64,000 nucleotides of DNA from Leucoraja ocellata (lineage: Eukaryota): positions 4,960,001-5,024,000 of the forward strand of contig JAWMAR010000148.1 of assembly GCA_036785375.1 (NCBI GenBank). Direction: 5' to 3'. Below the pieces are notes generated by a model. It did no database searches, was not told where the DNA came from, and saw nothing but the letters and a program-made list of their open reading frames with translations. Shown here one piece after another: positions 11,700-25,230 of the stretch. Numbering within the stretch: position 1 is the stretch's first letter; the number at the start of each line of letters is the position of its first letter. Both the position numbers and the translations under genes were made by a program.

Positions 11700-12860
11700 A
11701 ACCTGCTCTAATCAAGAAAAAGCACCATTGATATATTAAAGGCAAATCATGCCTAGATTGAGTTTTGTGATGAGGCAATAGAGAGAATGAATTAAATGGA
11801 CATAAACACAATCAAATCTAATGGACTACGAGGGGAAATGGTGGTATAGATGTGACAGGATGTGCAACAGTTTAAGACAGGAACTGAGAGATGGTGAACA
11901 ATTATTTCTTAGATTGAAGCAATCTGTTCCCGACTGTTCAATGCTCAGAAACTATTTTGCTTGATGTATGCTACTGACTTCAGCCTGCATTTACAGATCT
12001 CTATTTTATAATTTCCAAATGATACAGAACTTGGAAAAGAACAATAAGGAGGTTAGTGATATACCTCCAAAAGCAAGCAAGAATAATGACCATAAAATGC
12101 AGATGAAAGTTACTGCAGTGGGAAGTTAATGTCGTGATTTGCAAAGTAATATTAATGTGCTAGGAGGAACAAGGGGAGTCAATAAACCAAGTGAGTGTGT
12201 GGATATCTTTGAATGTGGTAGACAGTCAGAATCTTTTCTCCAGGGTGGAATTGTTATAGTCTAGGGTGTAGCTTTAGGGTGAGAAGGGAAAAGTTTAAAG
12301 GAGATGTGCAGGGCAAGTTTTTTTACAGCCCAGTATGTGCTGCCAGGGTTGGTGGTGGAATAAGATATGGTAGCTACATTTAAGAGGCTTTTAGAAGGAC
12401 CTTAGGGAATTGATATGGATAATGAGCAGGCAGAGGAGATTAATTTAACTATGCATCATGTTTGACATGGACATGATGGGCCGAAGGGCCTGTTCCTGTG
12501 CTATACTGTTCTATGTTCCAAATATCTTTAAGGAAGAATCTTCTGTGGCAGAAAGCTTGGGAAAGTTAAGCTAACTCATGGTAAACTTGACTTTATAAAT
12601 AAAGGCATAGTCCATAAAAGTAAGGAAATCACATTGAACCTTTAAAGGCATTAGTCCAGCTTTGCTGTTGTAATGTTCAGCATTGTGTTCAGTTCTGTGC
12701 GTTGCACTTCAGATGGAACGTGAAGTACTTTGAGTCTAGGTTTAATGGCTCTTGGGTTGAAGGACATGAGCTAAGAGGAGAGATTGGGCAAGCTGAAGTG
12801 GTTCATCATCGAATAGAAAAGGATGAAAGTTGATTTGCTGTTTAAAATTATGAAAGGTTG
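11700..12860 (+). mobile_element. Decayed CR1-clade LINE fragments
   Basis: 3' end GTAGACAGTCAGAATCTTTT...GGGCCGAAGGGCCTGTTCCTGTGCT flanked by degenerate ORF2-like sequence. Confidence 0.6.
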
Positions 12861-13770
12861 TGGGTGAAAGGAAATAGAACATTCAAATTGTGATCAGAAG
12901 TCGGTAGTTAGTAGTTATTTGATGAATACACAAATGCTCCGTTCGTAAGGTTTGTAAGTTTTGAATTAAAAAAGTAGTCTATGTTCACTTATCTCCCATC
13001 CCTGAGTCCGATATTTCCCTTCTATCCTGGATTCCAATACGCTTTCACCGAAACCTTGCCTATTTCCTGTGCTCCATAGATGCTGCTGCACCCGCTGAGT
13101 TTCTCCAGCATTTTTGTGTAACCTGCTTGATTGTTGCCCCATGCATCAACAGGAAGGTACAGGAGAACGGCTAAAAAAATGAAATAGTAGATCAGAGCAG
13201 GAAACCCAATGTCTGACTACATTATTAACATGTTTGATCCGTTTGTATTTCTGATCAATGGTGACTTCCAAGATGTTGAGGGTGGAGTCAGCAATGATAA
13301 TGCCATTGGATATCAGGTGTAGTCAGATCCTTCCTTGTTGGAACCACAAATAATATAGACCATTTTTCAGCTTGTGGTTGGATTATGGTGTAGGCATTTA
13401 AGCCTGGGCTGCATCATCATCTTTGGAGTTGTAAATGGGGTTGAAATTATGTCGTCATTGGTAGGTCTTCACTTCTGATGGAAATGGAAACAATGCAATT
13501 AATGATGCAGTTGTAGTTGGTTGTGCCCGGGACACTTCAGAGATGAGAGCAACTCTCAACAAAGATGGGAACAACTTCAGAGATGACCCGCTGATTGACC
13601 CGACAAAACATCCTCCCTTGACGCCCATTGATTTTAATTTTACTAGTGCGCCTTGTCGCCATATACTGTTAAATTCTGCCGTGTTGTCAAGGGGGTGTGA
13701 CTCTGACTTCATTACTGGAGATTAGCTCTTGAGACTAAGGCTGGGGTGAGATCTGGGGTCACGTTGTCCT

Positions 13771-14425
13771 GGTGAAACACAAACTGAGCGCCATATCAGA
13801 TTTGCCGAGCACTTGCGCTTGATCTGCCAAAGCCTACTGGATCCCCCATCTTAACGTTCCCATGCCGACCATTTTGTGCAGGGCCTCTTACTGCCAGAGT
13901 GTGGCCACATTCAAACTGGAGGAACAGCACCTCGTATCCCACTTGAGTAGCTTGCAACCCAATGGTATGAGCTGAATTCTCTAATTTTAGGTAATATCTC
14001 ACCCCATTCTTTCTTGTCTCTTCCCTTCTCCCTGACCCTGATGCACAACAATTCTCCATTGATCCCACTTCCCCACCCGTTCAATCCCTCCTTCCACCAA
14101 TATCCCTCCCTCCAGTTTACATTTCACTGCTGTAGACATAATCCCAAACTTTCAGACCTCTTCCCTCCTTCTCAACACCTTTGTTGTGTTCTTTAGCCCA
14201 CTTTTGTCAGCCTTATGTCTCCTTTTTATCTCTTGCTTTTGTCCACCCATCTGATAATCAAAACCTTATACCCAACGATCACTTGTCCCACCCCCCAGCT
14301 CTTTTCCAACTCTCCCTCCCCACCACACTCAGCCTGAAGAAGGGTCCTGACCTGAACAATTGCCTGTGCATGACCTCCAGAGATGCTGCCTGACCCAGTG
14401 CATTACTCCAGCACTTTGTGTTCTA
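13771..14425 (+). mobile_element. Decayed Penelope-like retroelement 3' fragment (GIY-YIG endonuclease C-terminus, pyrimidine-rich tail, terminal repeat)
   Basis: Frameshifted pieces RFAEHLR and FKLEEQHLVSHLSSLQPNGM...EFSNFR* (stop 13992-13994) resemble the Penelope endonuclease end. They are followed by the CTGAAGAAGGGTC...GATGCTGCCTGACCC repeat. Confidence 0.7.
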
Positions 14426-14559
14426 CCGTAACGGATTAGATACTTTCCAGCTCCAGAATGCAAAACTGGCTGGAAGAGGTATTGGCACCACTTCTGAACA
14501 CAGAACATTTCAGTTACATCAACCCTTGTACATAACACGATGGAATTCATGTCTTTGAC

Positions 14560-14860
14560 TTTACTTTGATTTAGAGATAAGGCATAGGTAGAAACAGGCC
14601 CTTCGGCCCACGGGTCTGTGCCGACCAGCAATCAGTAGCGGTATCTTATACACACTAGTGACAATTGATCATTTACAGAAGCCAATTAACCTACAAATCT
14701 GTATGTCTTTGGAATGTGGGAGGAAAGCGGAGCACCCGGAGAAAACCCACAGGGGGAACGTACAAACTCTGTACAGACAGCACCAGTAGTCAGGAACGAA
14801 CCCGGATCTCTGGTGCTGTGAGGCAGCAACTCTATCACTGTGCCACTGTGCTACCCATGA
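14560..14860 (-). mobile_element. SINE copy
   Basis: Same family core with head and tail. Confidence 0.8.
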
Positions 14861-15289
14861 TCACACTTAGGATTTGGGGTTATCTGCATTAGTATGGCGG
14901 TTATCGATTTATGGTTTGTTTATTTATTTGAGTGTATTGTGTTTATAGGCCTGTTATTCTGCTGCACCCAGTTTAAATATTTTACTGCCTACTATATCGA
15001 GTTTACAAACGGTTTTGTTCCCTCTCTATTCCTGAGAAGCGGAACATCATGCCAGGATTCTCAATGGCGCAATCACCAGTGCAATGGAAATGTTTAGCAA
15101 CAATAAATTAATTGGGAAGATTATGACTCATTATGGCAAGTTGCACTCCGATCAAGTGCAGTTCAATTAACGTACTAGTAGAACCTTCGTGTCACATTCT
15201 TCTCTGATTTCAGATTTCACTAAAACTTGGTGTGACAACTGTACTAGAATATTTTCTCAAGCATGTGGTGAGGTGGCATGGTATGGGAG

Positions 15290-15620
15290 GCAAAGATAGG
15301 GTAGACAGTCAGAACTTATTTCCCAGGGTAAAAATGCCCAACGCTAGAGGGCATAGCTATAAGGCGAGAGGGGGGAAATTCAATGGAGATGTGCAGGCCA
15401 AGTACTTTTTTTATACAGTGTGGTGGGGGCGTGGAACACATTGCCAGTGGTGGTGGTGGGGTCAGACACAATAGTGACATTTAAGAAGCTTTTAGGTATA
15501 TGGAAGGGAATAGAAAAATATGAATGATGTACAAGCAGATGAGATCAGTTTTACCTGGCATCATGTCCAGCACAAAGATTGTGGGCAGAAGGGCCTGTTC
15601 CCGATGCTTTACTGTTCCAA
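15290..15620 (+). mobile_element. CR1-clade LINE 3' end
   Basis: DRVDSQNLFPRVKMPNARGHSYKARGGKF is a typical CR1 ORF2 C-terminus. Confidence 0.75.
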
Positions 15621-16189
15621 GTGTAATCCTTGCCCCTGGTTACAGTGTCTGGCATCAATGTATGCCAAGGTTATTTGCATATTAAGGACACAAAGTGGAT
15701 GTGGCAGCATCTCTGGAGAACATGGATAGGTGATGTTTTGGGTCGGGACCTTCCTTAGTATTTGCACACAGTTGTTGATTCTTATTGGTTAAAATTCAAA
15801 AATATTAAACAATTTGGTTACATGATAAACAAGAGCTTCCTTGCAGAAACATTTATATTTGTTTAATTCAGGAGAAGGTCCAACTTAACTAATAATGATA
15901 TAAAAGATGGACTAGTCATTTAATATAAATTAGTTTCAAATTTGAGGATAATGAATTAGAAGCAAGACTGGATGTGTAGTATTTGGATGATTATCTGTAG
16001 GTATTCCTACTACTTAATCATTTTTGTTAGTAGAGCAAGTGCATTTGTGAAATGCTGCTGAGAGACCTGGGTGAGTAACGGTGGTGCATTTTTGTTGATT
16101 CACATCACCGCTGCAATGAAGGAAGGAGTGAATGCTTTGTGTGGTGGATGGCGTACCAATCAAGTATGGACCATTCAAACAGATGGGAT

Positions 16190-16445
16190 TGCTTGCTAGT
16201 GATCCTGACCTCTGGTCTTGGCTGTGTTGAGCTGTGTTGTCGGTGTTGAGCTAGCATATTTTCTCTCTGATTATGTGAGTTGCCTCCCACGTCTCAAAGA
16301 CCTACAGATTCGTAGGTTAATGGGCCTCTGTAATTTGCCCCAAGTGTGTAGGGAGTGGATGCAATATTGGGAAAACATAGAACAGAAATGATTGTTGTTC
16401 AGCGTGGGGAGGTGGGCCTTAAGGCCTGTTTCCATGCTGTACCCC
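16190..16445 (+). mobile_element. Degenerate SINE copy
   Basis: GTAGGTTAATGGGCCTCTGTAATTTGCCCC...GGCCTGTTTCCATGCTGT. Confidence 0.65.
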
Positions 16446-17874
16446 TTCAATAAAAACGACTATCCTGCTCTTTTAGCCTCAGTGTCCATTGCCTGGTCCA
16501 GTTAATGTTTATGGTGAAAAATGAATCCCAGGGACTTGATAATGGTAGCGGCGTTAGACTGTTTCATGCTGGAGGAGGTCTTGCCCCAGCACTTCAGAAG
16601 CATAGACATTATGTACCACCATAGCCCATGCCTGAATGTTGTTTGGATCTTGTTTCATGCTTCACTTTGCAAGGAGTTGCAACTTGACATAGATCAATGT
16701 GATCATTATGCAAATGTCCCCCACCTCTAACCTAATAATTATAAAATCCATGTAACTGATTTAATTTTAATTTGCTGCATTTTTTGAATATCCTCTTCCA
16801 GCATTGGGAAATTGTAGTCGGTCAACTTCTCCGTTTTGTTTTTACCTTAAATGTTTATTAGTTTAAAATATGCCAAGTGTTGGCACATCAAACATATTTC
16901 ATAGGAAGAAAACACTAAATAATAAGTGATTAAAGTTTACAGTAGCTGAGGAATTTTGGAGCCTCGGGCACCATGACCCCCCCGTGTGAGTCGGCCTAAT
17001 TATTTTCCCCCTTATATACAACAAATGTAATTACTGACAAAAACAAAAGAATAGCACATTTAAAAATGGTTTAATCAATACAAAATAATACCTGACAATT
17101 GACTGCTTGTTGTTGCAATTTCTCTAAATTTTTTAAACTCTGAGTAAGTCTTTTTATCTTATTGTAAATTAGATGCCAGTGAAACAGCTGTAAAAATGCC
17201 TACTGTGGTTGAGTTTAAGCTCTTGATGTGACAAACTCCATGTAAAGTTCCAATGTGGGTGTCAGACACACAACCTGCATCTTCCTTGTGACTGGTGCAT
17301 TCAAACGCATACAATTCTCAATGTTTGAAGTGATTTGGCAAATGGTAAGGTGATACTATTCTATGTTTGAAATCATTTGAAGTTATTCCTAATGGAACAC
17401 CCAGTGGGAGAGCATGCAAACTCCATACAAACAGCACGCAGGCTCAGAGTCGAGGCAGCAAGCAGCTCCAGAACTGTGCCATCCGCAAACTGTCTGCCTT
17501 CATTTGCAGCTTTCTTTTTCTGAATCTGTACTCAGTTTCTCTTCTGCCTGTCAAGTTAGATCAAACCTTCACCAACATGACGAACAAGCTTGCAATAGTA
17601 TTGGTGCTAATCTCACCGAGATGGCACCCCTCAACCTTCCCCCCCCCCCCCCCCCCCCCCTTCATCTGACCCATTCAGATTCAATCTTCCCCAGAACTGA
17701 GCCCAGTGCCCCAAGAATTCGAACATTTAAAGGTAACTTCTCATTATATTAATTTCAGTATTTTGTTGGTATATTCTATACACATAATTATGATTGGCGA
17801 AAATGCCTCTTATTTCAATGCTTTTTAATTAACGAACAGCTGTAACCTGGATTGAACAGAACAGAACAGCGCAG

Positions 17875-18215
17875 ATAGATAGAATGGACAGGGTTGAGGC
17901 ACAGAGTATTTTTAGCCAGAGCAGGGGAATCAACCAACGAGCGGCTTTAAGGTGAAAGGGGAAAGATTTAATAGGAACCTGAGACAACTTTTTCGCACAG
18001 AGGGTACATGGCGGGTATATGGAATGAGCTGCCAGAGGGGGTAGTTGGGGCAGCTGCTATAACAACATTTAAAAGACATTTGGATTGGTATATGGATAGG
18101 AAATGTTTAAAGGGATGTGGGCCAAACATGGGCCGGTGAGACTAGTGTAGCTGAGGTATCTTGGTTGGCATGGGCAAGTTGGGCCGAAGGGCCTGTTTCC
18201 ATGCTGTGTGACTCA
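17875..18215 (+). mobile_element. CR1-clade LINE 3' end
   Basis: TTTAAGGTGAAAGGGGAAAGATTTAATAGGAACCTGAG...GGGCCGAAGGGCCTGTTTCCATGCTGT. Confidence 0.75.
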
Positions 18216-19424
18216 GTAACAAGCCCTTCCATCCACAATGTCAATGCCGAACGTGGTATCAAGATAAACTAATCTCATCTGCCTGTACCTTGGTAAGTTA
18301 TTTAAATATAATATTTTCATTCTTATGTGTTTTGAAACAAAATGTAACTGAAATTATATATAAAAATATAAACCTCCTTGATAAAGTAAATAGTGTAACC
18401 ACAAAGTGAATTATAATTTAAAGATGTATTTTTACATGAATAATATATTAGTTGCTTGATTTAAAAAAAAAAATGCTGTCCTGTGTAATTATTTTTCTTA
18501 CCTTCCTGGAGTACTACCAAAAATCGCCTGTTCACTCTTCATGCCATTTGCTTATCAAAAACGTAGTGAAGCGCAACATCTGTGGCAGGCTCTTTGTTAG
18601 CTGAAATAAACTCTCTGCGAGATCACTATAACATTCAGGGTAAGAATAAAGCACTGTGTCCAGGTAGTTAGAATGCCTGTCATTAGCTTGTCTATTTGCT
18701 AGGCTTTTCATCTAAGTAAACTATTTAGATCCTTCTAATGGTAACCTGTCTGAATTCACCTGGGAGATAGGTACTTGTGTGACCATTGTGGCACAGAGCT
18801 TAACACTGTTGCTTTGATGATGTATTTCAATGATGAACTGAGTCCCTTAACTTCAAATAACCGAACAAAGGTTGATTCAAACAGGAATATTATATAATGT
18901 CCTTAAATTATCAATATCTCTTTATATTCCTAATTAAAAAAAACTAAGCCAAGTGTAGAATTTGACATTTAATAATGTATTCTTACCAATGTAAATGGTT
19001 AGTATAGCCCTTTGATTTAAAACTGGATAAATTCCAAGGTTGGGTATCAAGCTTACTTTAAAGTAGATTGCACATTGGTATTCGTAGAGCTGTGCCACGT
19101 TACTTGTTGTGTGGTGGAACTATAAAGGAATAAGATATCAAAGGAATAATACAAAAAACTATTCAATATGAAGTTTGATTTCAGTCATCATTTTGCATTT
19201 TTAGTGGAAAGAATTACTAGCTATTAACAAAGAAAGTGGTTTATACAATATTAAAAATTAAGACATTTATTTTCATCTTCCGATGTGATCCTAATATCTC
19301 CATACCATCCCCCACTTAAAATCTTAGATAATTTTGACTTTATCAAAAATATGATAACACTCTGTGATAGTTCAGGGAAATAATTTTCAATTATAAATTA
19401 TCACAAAATTATTAACAGTTGAAT

Positions 19425-19800
19425 TGGTTTAGTAATGTCACGTGTACTGAGATGCAGTGAAAAGCTTTTGTTTGCACGCTGTCCAGTCAAATCTTACCAT
19501 TCATGAGTGCAATCGAACTATACTGAAGTACAATCGGGTTGTACACAAATACTACAGAGAAATGCCAGAGTACAGAATATATATTTACAGCATTCTAGCA
19601 TTGCACTTACAGAGAAAATGGCTAACGTCTGCAATGAGGTAGGTTGGAAGATTGGGAGTACACCCTAGCCTATGAAAGGGCCATACAGTGGTCGGATAAC
19701 AGTGGGGAAGTAGCTATTCCTGCATCTGGTGGTGCATGCATTAAAGCTTTTAGACCTTCTAGTAACAGTAGAGTGGGAAAAGAGGGAATGGCCAAGGTGA
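19425..19800 (-). mobile_element. LINE 3'-end fragment; related copies at 2975-3130, 26400-26470 and 37915-38110
   Basis: Shared TGTCACGTGTACTGAG..CAGTGAAAAGCTTTT motif in several copies. Confidence 0.55.
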
Positions 19801-21574
19801 TAAAGGTGTACGTAATGCTATAGCGGCACGGTACCCGTGAAGTTCTAATATGCTTTCATAATCTGTTTATCATTAACTACTGTCTTCACTACTTTGACAA
19901 TTAGGATTTGGCACATTACATGAAGATCAAATTCATCTAAGCTGGCAGATGAAGTGCTAAATCATTGCTTCCGCATTGAAATGTTTGGAAAATCATTGAC
20001 CTTAAGTTGCAGGATTTTGATCCATAATTCAGTTTGATTATGTGGTTTGATTCAGCAATCTGGTCCAAACACTCCAAGTTGAACAATGCCATGAAAAAGC
20101 AGTGTTCCTTTGCTTTTGATTATTTGACTGCAGAAACAAATCACACTTTAGGAGACAAAGTTTTAACATCTGACGCTGCAGAAAGATTTTAAGATATCTT
20201 GGAGATGTCACGAAAAAGCACTACTTTTCATTGCATATCTTGTGAAAAATTGTGCTGTGCATCTGTTATTCTCCACTTCTCTTCCCATTCCACCTTGCAC
20301 CTGCCCCTAGAGTCAATTTCATCTGCAATCTCTTCATTCTGCGAATCACAAGAAAACGAGAAGGGGCCTGCGTTGAAGGAGCTCAGCCAGGGGTCTTGTA
20401 GAGGGCAAAACACAAAGTGCTGGAGAAACTCAGCGGGCCAGGCAGCATCTTGAGAGGGAATGGATAGAGACCCTTCGGGTTGGGACCTTCTTCAGTCTGA
20501 CCTGAAACGTTGTCTATCTATTCCCACCAAACCTGCTGCCTGACCCATTGAGTTCCTCCAGCACTTAGTGTTTTAAGGATGATTCCAACAACCGCAGTCT
20601 CTTGTGTCTCCGGCTTGTAGAAGCCATTGGGCCTGGCACAGTACAGCCACAATACAGCAAGTTCTAATCTTGCATGGTGACCGGACTCCACCAGCTCAGT
20701 TCTATATTGGAATAGAACCTAGGCCTAGCCTTTTGTGCTTCTGGATTTTGAATTGAACCCTTGACCTCTTGACTTGGAGGCGTGTGAGCTAGCAACAGTA
20801 CTGCAGCTGATACCTGACAAGGTGACCTGGTAATCTGCTGTATCCAGGCTCCCCACTCTCTGACTTACAACTAAAATACTTTTCAGTCTGTCAGCAGCCT
20901 TGTGTTTTTCCTGGAGAATGCCACTTGGATTTGCATTCAATGGATCATATCTTTAAATATCACGGAAGAAGCCATTTTCTTGCATAATGCCCGACTTCCA
21001 TTATAATAACTTTGCTTTTGAAATTATGTTGGGGAGAAAAAAAAGATTTGAAAAAGGTACAGCGCGGAGATAATTCTGCGGGAAAGAGTTATTTTGGTGT
21101 TTTTACTTTTGTAGAAACAGGTGGACCCAATAGGATAATTTATTTGGCTTGAAACTGACTTTAGATTCCAATGGCTTATGCTTGGAGCTGAAATTATCAT
21201 TGCTGTCTGCAAGCGATTGTGGAGAAGTGATTCATGCTCCTGACATGTTCTAGAAACATACCGGGAGATGATTGTTTTGCTGTTGTGCCTGAAGGAGAAT
21301 TCCTACAAAGTCATTAATTTATATCTAGGTCTGATGCTTCACTGCTTGTCATTTTTTAAACATTTGTGTTGGATTCTAGCTGGACCAATAAAATGTTTTT
21401 GATTTAAGCAGTGCTGTTTTTTTGTAGACCAAATGTGCACGATTAATAAACCAGCCTGTCACATGGTGGGAAAATTAAATAATGATGTTTCGTTTTCTGG
21501 AGGTGCCGCAACGCCGTTCCAATGCAATACAAACACAAAACAAACGGAGAAATTGTGTAACAATTTGGAGCAGC

Positions 21575-21865
21575 ATCGAGGTGCAGCACAGCACCAGAGA
21601 CCCGGGTTTGATCCTGTGTACGGGTGCTGTCTGTGCGGAGTTTGTACATCCTCCCTGTTACTACCTGGATTTTCTCCGGGTGCTCTGGTTTCCTCCCACA
21701 TTCCAAAGACGTGCAAGTTTGTAGGTTAATTATCTTCTGTAAATTGCCCCCTGGTGTTTAGGATGTGCAAGTGGGATAATATAGAACATGTGTATGGGTG
21801 ATTGATGGTCAGTGTGGGCTCAGTGGGCTGAAGTGCTTGTTTCCATACTGAATCTCTAAAACTAA
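21575..21865 (+). mobile_element. SINE copy
   Basis: GACCCGGGTTTGATCCTG...GGAGTTTGTAC...CTCTAAAACTAA. Confidence 0.8.
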
Positions 21866-23335
21866 TATACAGAGTTCCTCTCTGTAGAGCGTCAATAATT
21901 CTGAGGTAATAATTTTGCGGCCCATTTTACTCTTAGCTTTAAGCATTCTTTAAACTTTTATCATTATTGTGTTATGATAAAAGCTATAATCATCTAATAG
22001 ATAATCTTGTATCCAATGGCAGTAACTTTTAATGTCTGGTTCCATTACTCCATCGCTGAGTTTGGTTACATTTTCCTACAGTCGAAAGCCAATATGAACT
22101 CATCATCTTTGGTATCTGGAATCTTGTGGCTCTATTTTCAGCTCCACATGTGATCCATTATAGTTACAAAGAAGATATTAATTATGATTTGCTGCAACTG
22201 TCCAAAGCTGAACACGGCTCCACAATGTTTATTAGTAACGAGGATAGACCAAAGGATTATTTGTATTTGGTTGCTATGTGAATGGTCCTACCATGGCAAC
22301 ATATTACCAGTTGGCCTAAGAGGGCATCTATTGGGCTTTTGAACTGTACCACAAGATGACTTGCTATTTCACTTCAGAGTATCATGGTTTAACCATCGAT
22401 GGTGTAAAACACAGTCATGTGCAACTAGATGAGATCAAAATGGTAAATCAGTATCCTTGAAGGAAATTGCAAAATGGATTGGCCGTTGTCATTGATGTTT
22501 TATTTATTATCTTGGTGCCATTCATAAATAGCCAGATTTATTGAAATTGATTTGCAAGTTGTCATGATGGACTTTGGTATTAGTGCCTCTGGATTACTAA
22601 TCCAATTTGTCAATCTGAACCCGCAGTCACACACTCACATTGCATTTCATCTTAAACATTAGCTTTCATCTTCACACATTTATTTTTGTATTATGTTGGC
22701 AACATTCTGATAGTTTGGGGGTAATTCAGCAATCCTTTTGCCCACTCATCATTGTTCTGAATTTGCACTTTAAATGTGGGCATTCCTGGTCAATAGTTTG
22801 GATTGGATGTTGTTTATCATGAATCTGACAATCTTGCGGTTCAGACAAATACCAGGTTCTATCATGCTCATGTATGCCAAATAATAGATTAGATTACCAA
22901 TAATAAAAGTTGCCTTTGGAATGACAATGGCATTGCTAGTTTGTCTGGATTATTTAACGTGTATGCCCCCCAGTGGTCCTCCCATGTGAAATAAAACATT
23001 TTAAAACGCTGACCAAGTGCAGATGTTTTTTTTCATCTGTTATTTCTGGTCTCGACAACAAGAAATGGTGGCGTACTTGGCTAGTGTTATAAACACCATA
23101 AATGCATCTCATGTCATAGTTCTAGGAGCGACAGTATGGCTTTGATTTGCATCAAATGAATCCTAATTTTAAATATGTAGATTAAAGCCTATTTTGGATC
23201 ATGCTTTGAAGATAGACATGTACAGGTTTCTTTTCAGCATACATCCAGGAGGCATGTACAGGTACCAGCCTGTGGTGACAGGAATCTACAGAATGACCTG
23301 CTATGTTTATGTTAATCTGAAACTCTTAATTTTCC

Positions 23336-23625
23336 CTTTAGTTTAGTTTAATTCCGAGATACTGCATGGAAACAGGACCTTTGGCCCACCGATTCTGTGC
23401 TGACCGATTACCCACACACTAGTTCTATCCTACACACTAGGGACAATTTCCCAAAGACAATTAACCTACAAACCTGCACGTCTTTGCAATATGGGAGGAA
23501 ACCGGAGAACCCGGAGAAAACCCACAAGGGCACAGGGAGAACGTACAAACTACGTACAGTCGGCACCCGTGGTCGGGATTGAACCCAGGCAGCAACTCTA
23601 CTGCCGCACCACTGTGCTGCTGTAC
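23336..23625 (-). mobile_element. SINE copy
   Basis: TTTAG-repeat tail plus family core. Confidence 0.8.
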
Positions 23626-24177
23626 CTCCAGAAAACATATCCGGAAACATGCATATATGCTAAATTATGAATTAGCCCTCTGCTGTTAATATACCCTCTT
23701 AATTCTGAATGTTGTTATAATCTGGTTCTGCAAATGTTTTGGAGAATGGGTCCCATGAGATAAACCAGTGTGTTGTTGTTCAGACCATGGTGCTAGAGTC
23801 GAGGATGTCAATACTAACGGGCTATTTACTTTTTTAATTCATATTATGAAAGATCAATACATTGATTTATAAGTTCTATTAAATTCAGTGAGCTAAATTT
23901 CCTCAGGCCAGACTTTGATGAACGTATTTGTGATTTATTTTTTTTTCTCCCTACACTCTAAATTCACCATGTACCTTGTTTCATCTCTACCTTCAAAAAA
24001 ACCTCCTAATCTTCAACAATATCTTCAGATCCATTGTAATTCTGTTCCCATTTGTTATTTTATTTTTCTCCACCCGAGGCTATATGTAGCAATCTGTGAC
24101 ACCTCGCGGGAACACCATAGAAATATAAGTCTTCTGATCTTTTCATTATATTATTGCTTTTGGCTTGGGAAGGACAG

Positions 24178-24318
24178 CAGAGGGGGGGTGGGGAAGAGGA
24201 GCAGGGGGGGGTGGGGAAGAGGAGCAGAGGGGAGTGGGGGACAGGAACAGAATGGGGTGGGGACGAGGAGCGGGGGGGGGGGGGGAGAAGAGGAGCAGAG
24301 TGGGGTGGGAGAGAGAGT
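24178..24318 (+). repeat. G/A-rich low-complexity tandem repeat
   Basis: Imperfect units of GGGG(T)GGGGAAGAGGAGCAG. Confidence 0.85.
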
Positions 24319-25029
24319 GAATTTCTTTTTGAATGACCAATTTAAAAAGTCATTCAGTAACTTGCTCTGCTTGCGTGACCTTGTCATTTCATGAGGGGCA
24401 GGAGCAGTGATGGTACTGGCATGTCACCAAAGAGCGGTCAGTCTCCTCTCCACTATTTACGTTGAATAATTTAACTTCTTGATTGTTTCAAACAACATGG
24501 AACGTTCAAAAATCAAAGAATGCAGAAAGTCGGGTGCTTTAGTGAGGATGGATATCTTGGTGGTATCCTGCACCTTTACCTAACCTACCGAAATTTCCGT
24601 AGCAAGAGGACTATTTGTGAATGGTGCAGGAAATAAGGAATGCAAAAGCAATTTCAAGTACCATTGTATATTTATTTATTCCCTTCAAGGATGACAATAT
24701 ACCATTTTGATCCCTTCTGGCTACACATGATTGTATTTTGCATTATGTGTTTAAATAATGATACTCGGGGTGGAATAGCCAGTCATTTTGTTGTACAGTT
24801 TACAAGCCGTATGGATATCCTCTGAGGACAACTGGTAATAGACGATAAATGTTGCCACATTAGGACCATCCAGATATCCAACGCTTTGGTCCATCCTTGT
24901 ACAAGTAAGCAACTTAAAGTCTCGTTAGCCTTTGGACAGTTGGAGTATATCAAATTTTTGTTGTTGTCAATATAATGGTTGAATATCATGATGATTTATC
25001 AAATCTATACCCATGTCCCTGAGGAATGT

Positions 25030-25230
25030 CTGAAGAAGGGTCCCAACTTGAAACGTCGGCTGTTCATGACCTCCAGAGATGCTGCCTGACCTGAGTCTGA
25101 AGAAGGGTCTCGACCCGAAACATCACCCATTCCTTCTCTCCAGAGATGCTGCCTGTCCCGCTGAGTTACTCCAGCTTTTTGTGTCTATGCTGCCTGGCCT
25201 ACCGAGTTACTCCAGCACTGTTTGTTTTAC
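25030..25230 (+). repeat. Penelope-type terminal repeat with a second copy nested inside; two hammerhead-like cores
   Basis: CTGAAGA...GAAAC at 25030 and at 25097; insert 25093-25186 flanked by ATGCTGCCTG(A/G)CCT. Confidence 0.75.

Noticed and set aside
22312-22329. CTCF-like motif TGGCCTAAGAGGGCATC
   Set aside because: Several mismatches to the core; a single weak match is expected by chance in 64 kb.
23915-24394. 159-aa ORF and overlapping Gly- or Pro-rich ORFs
   Set aside because: Produced by the G-rich low-complexity repeat.
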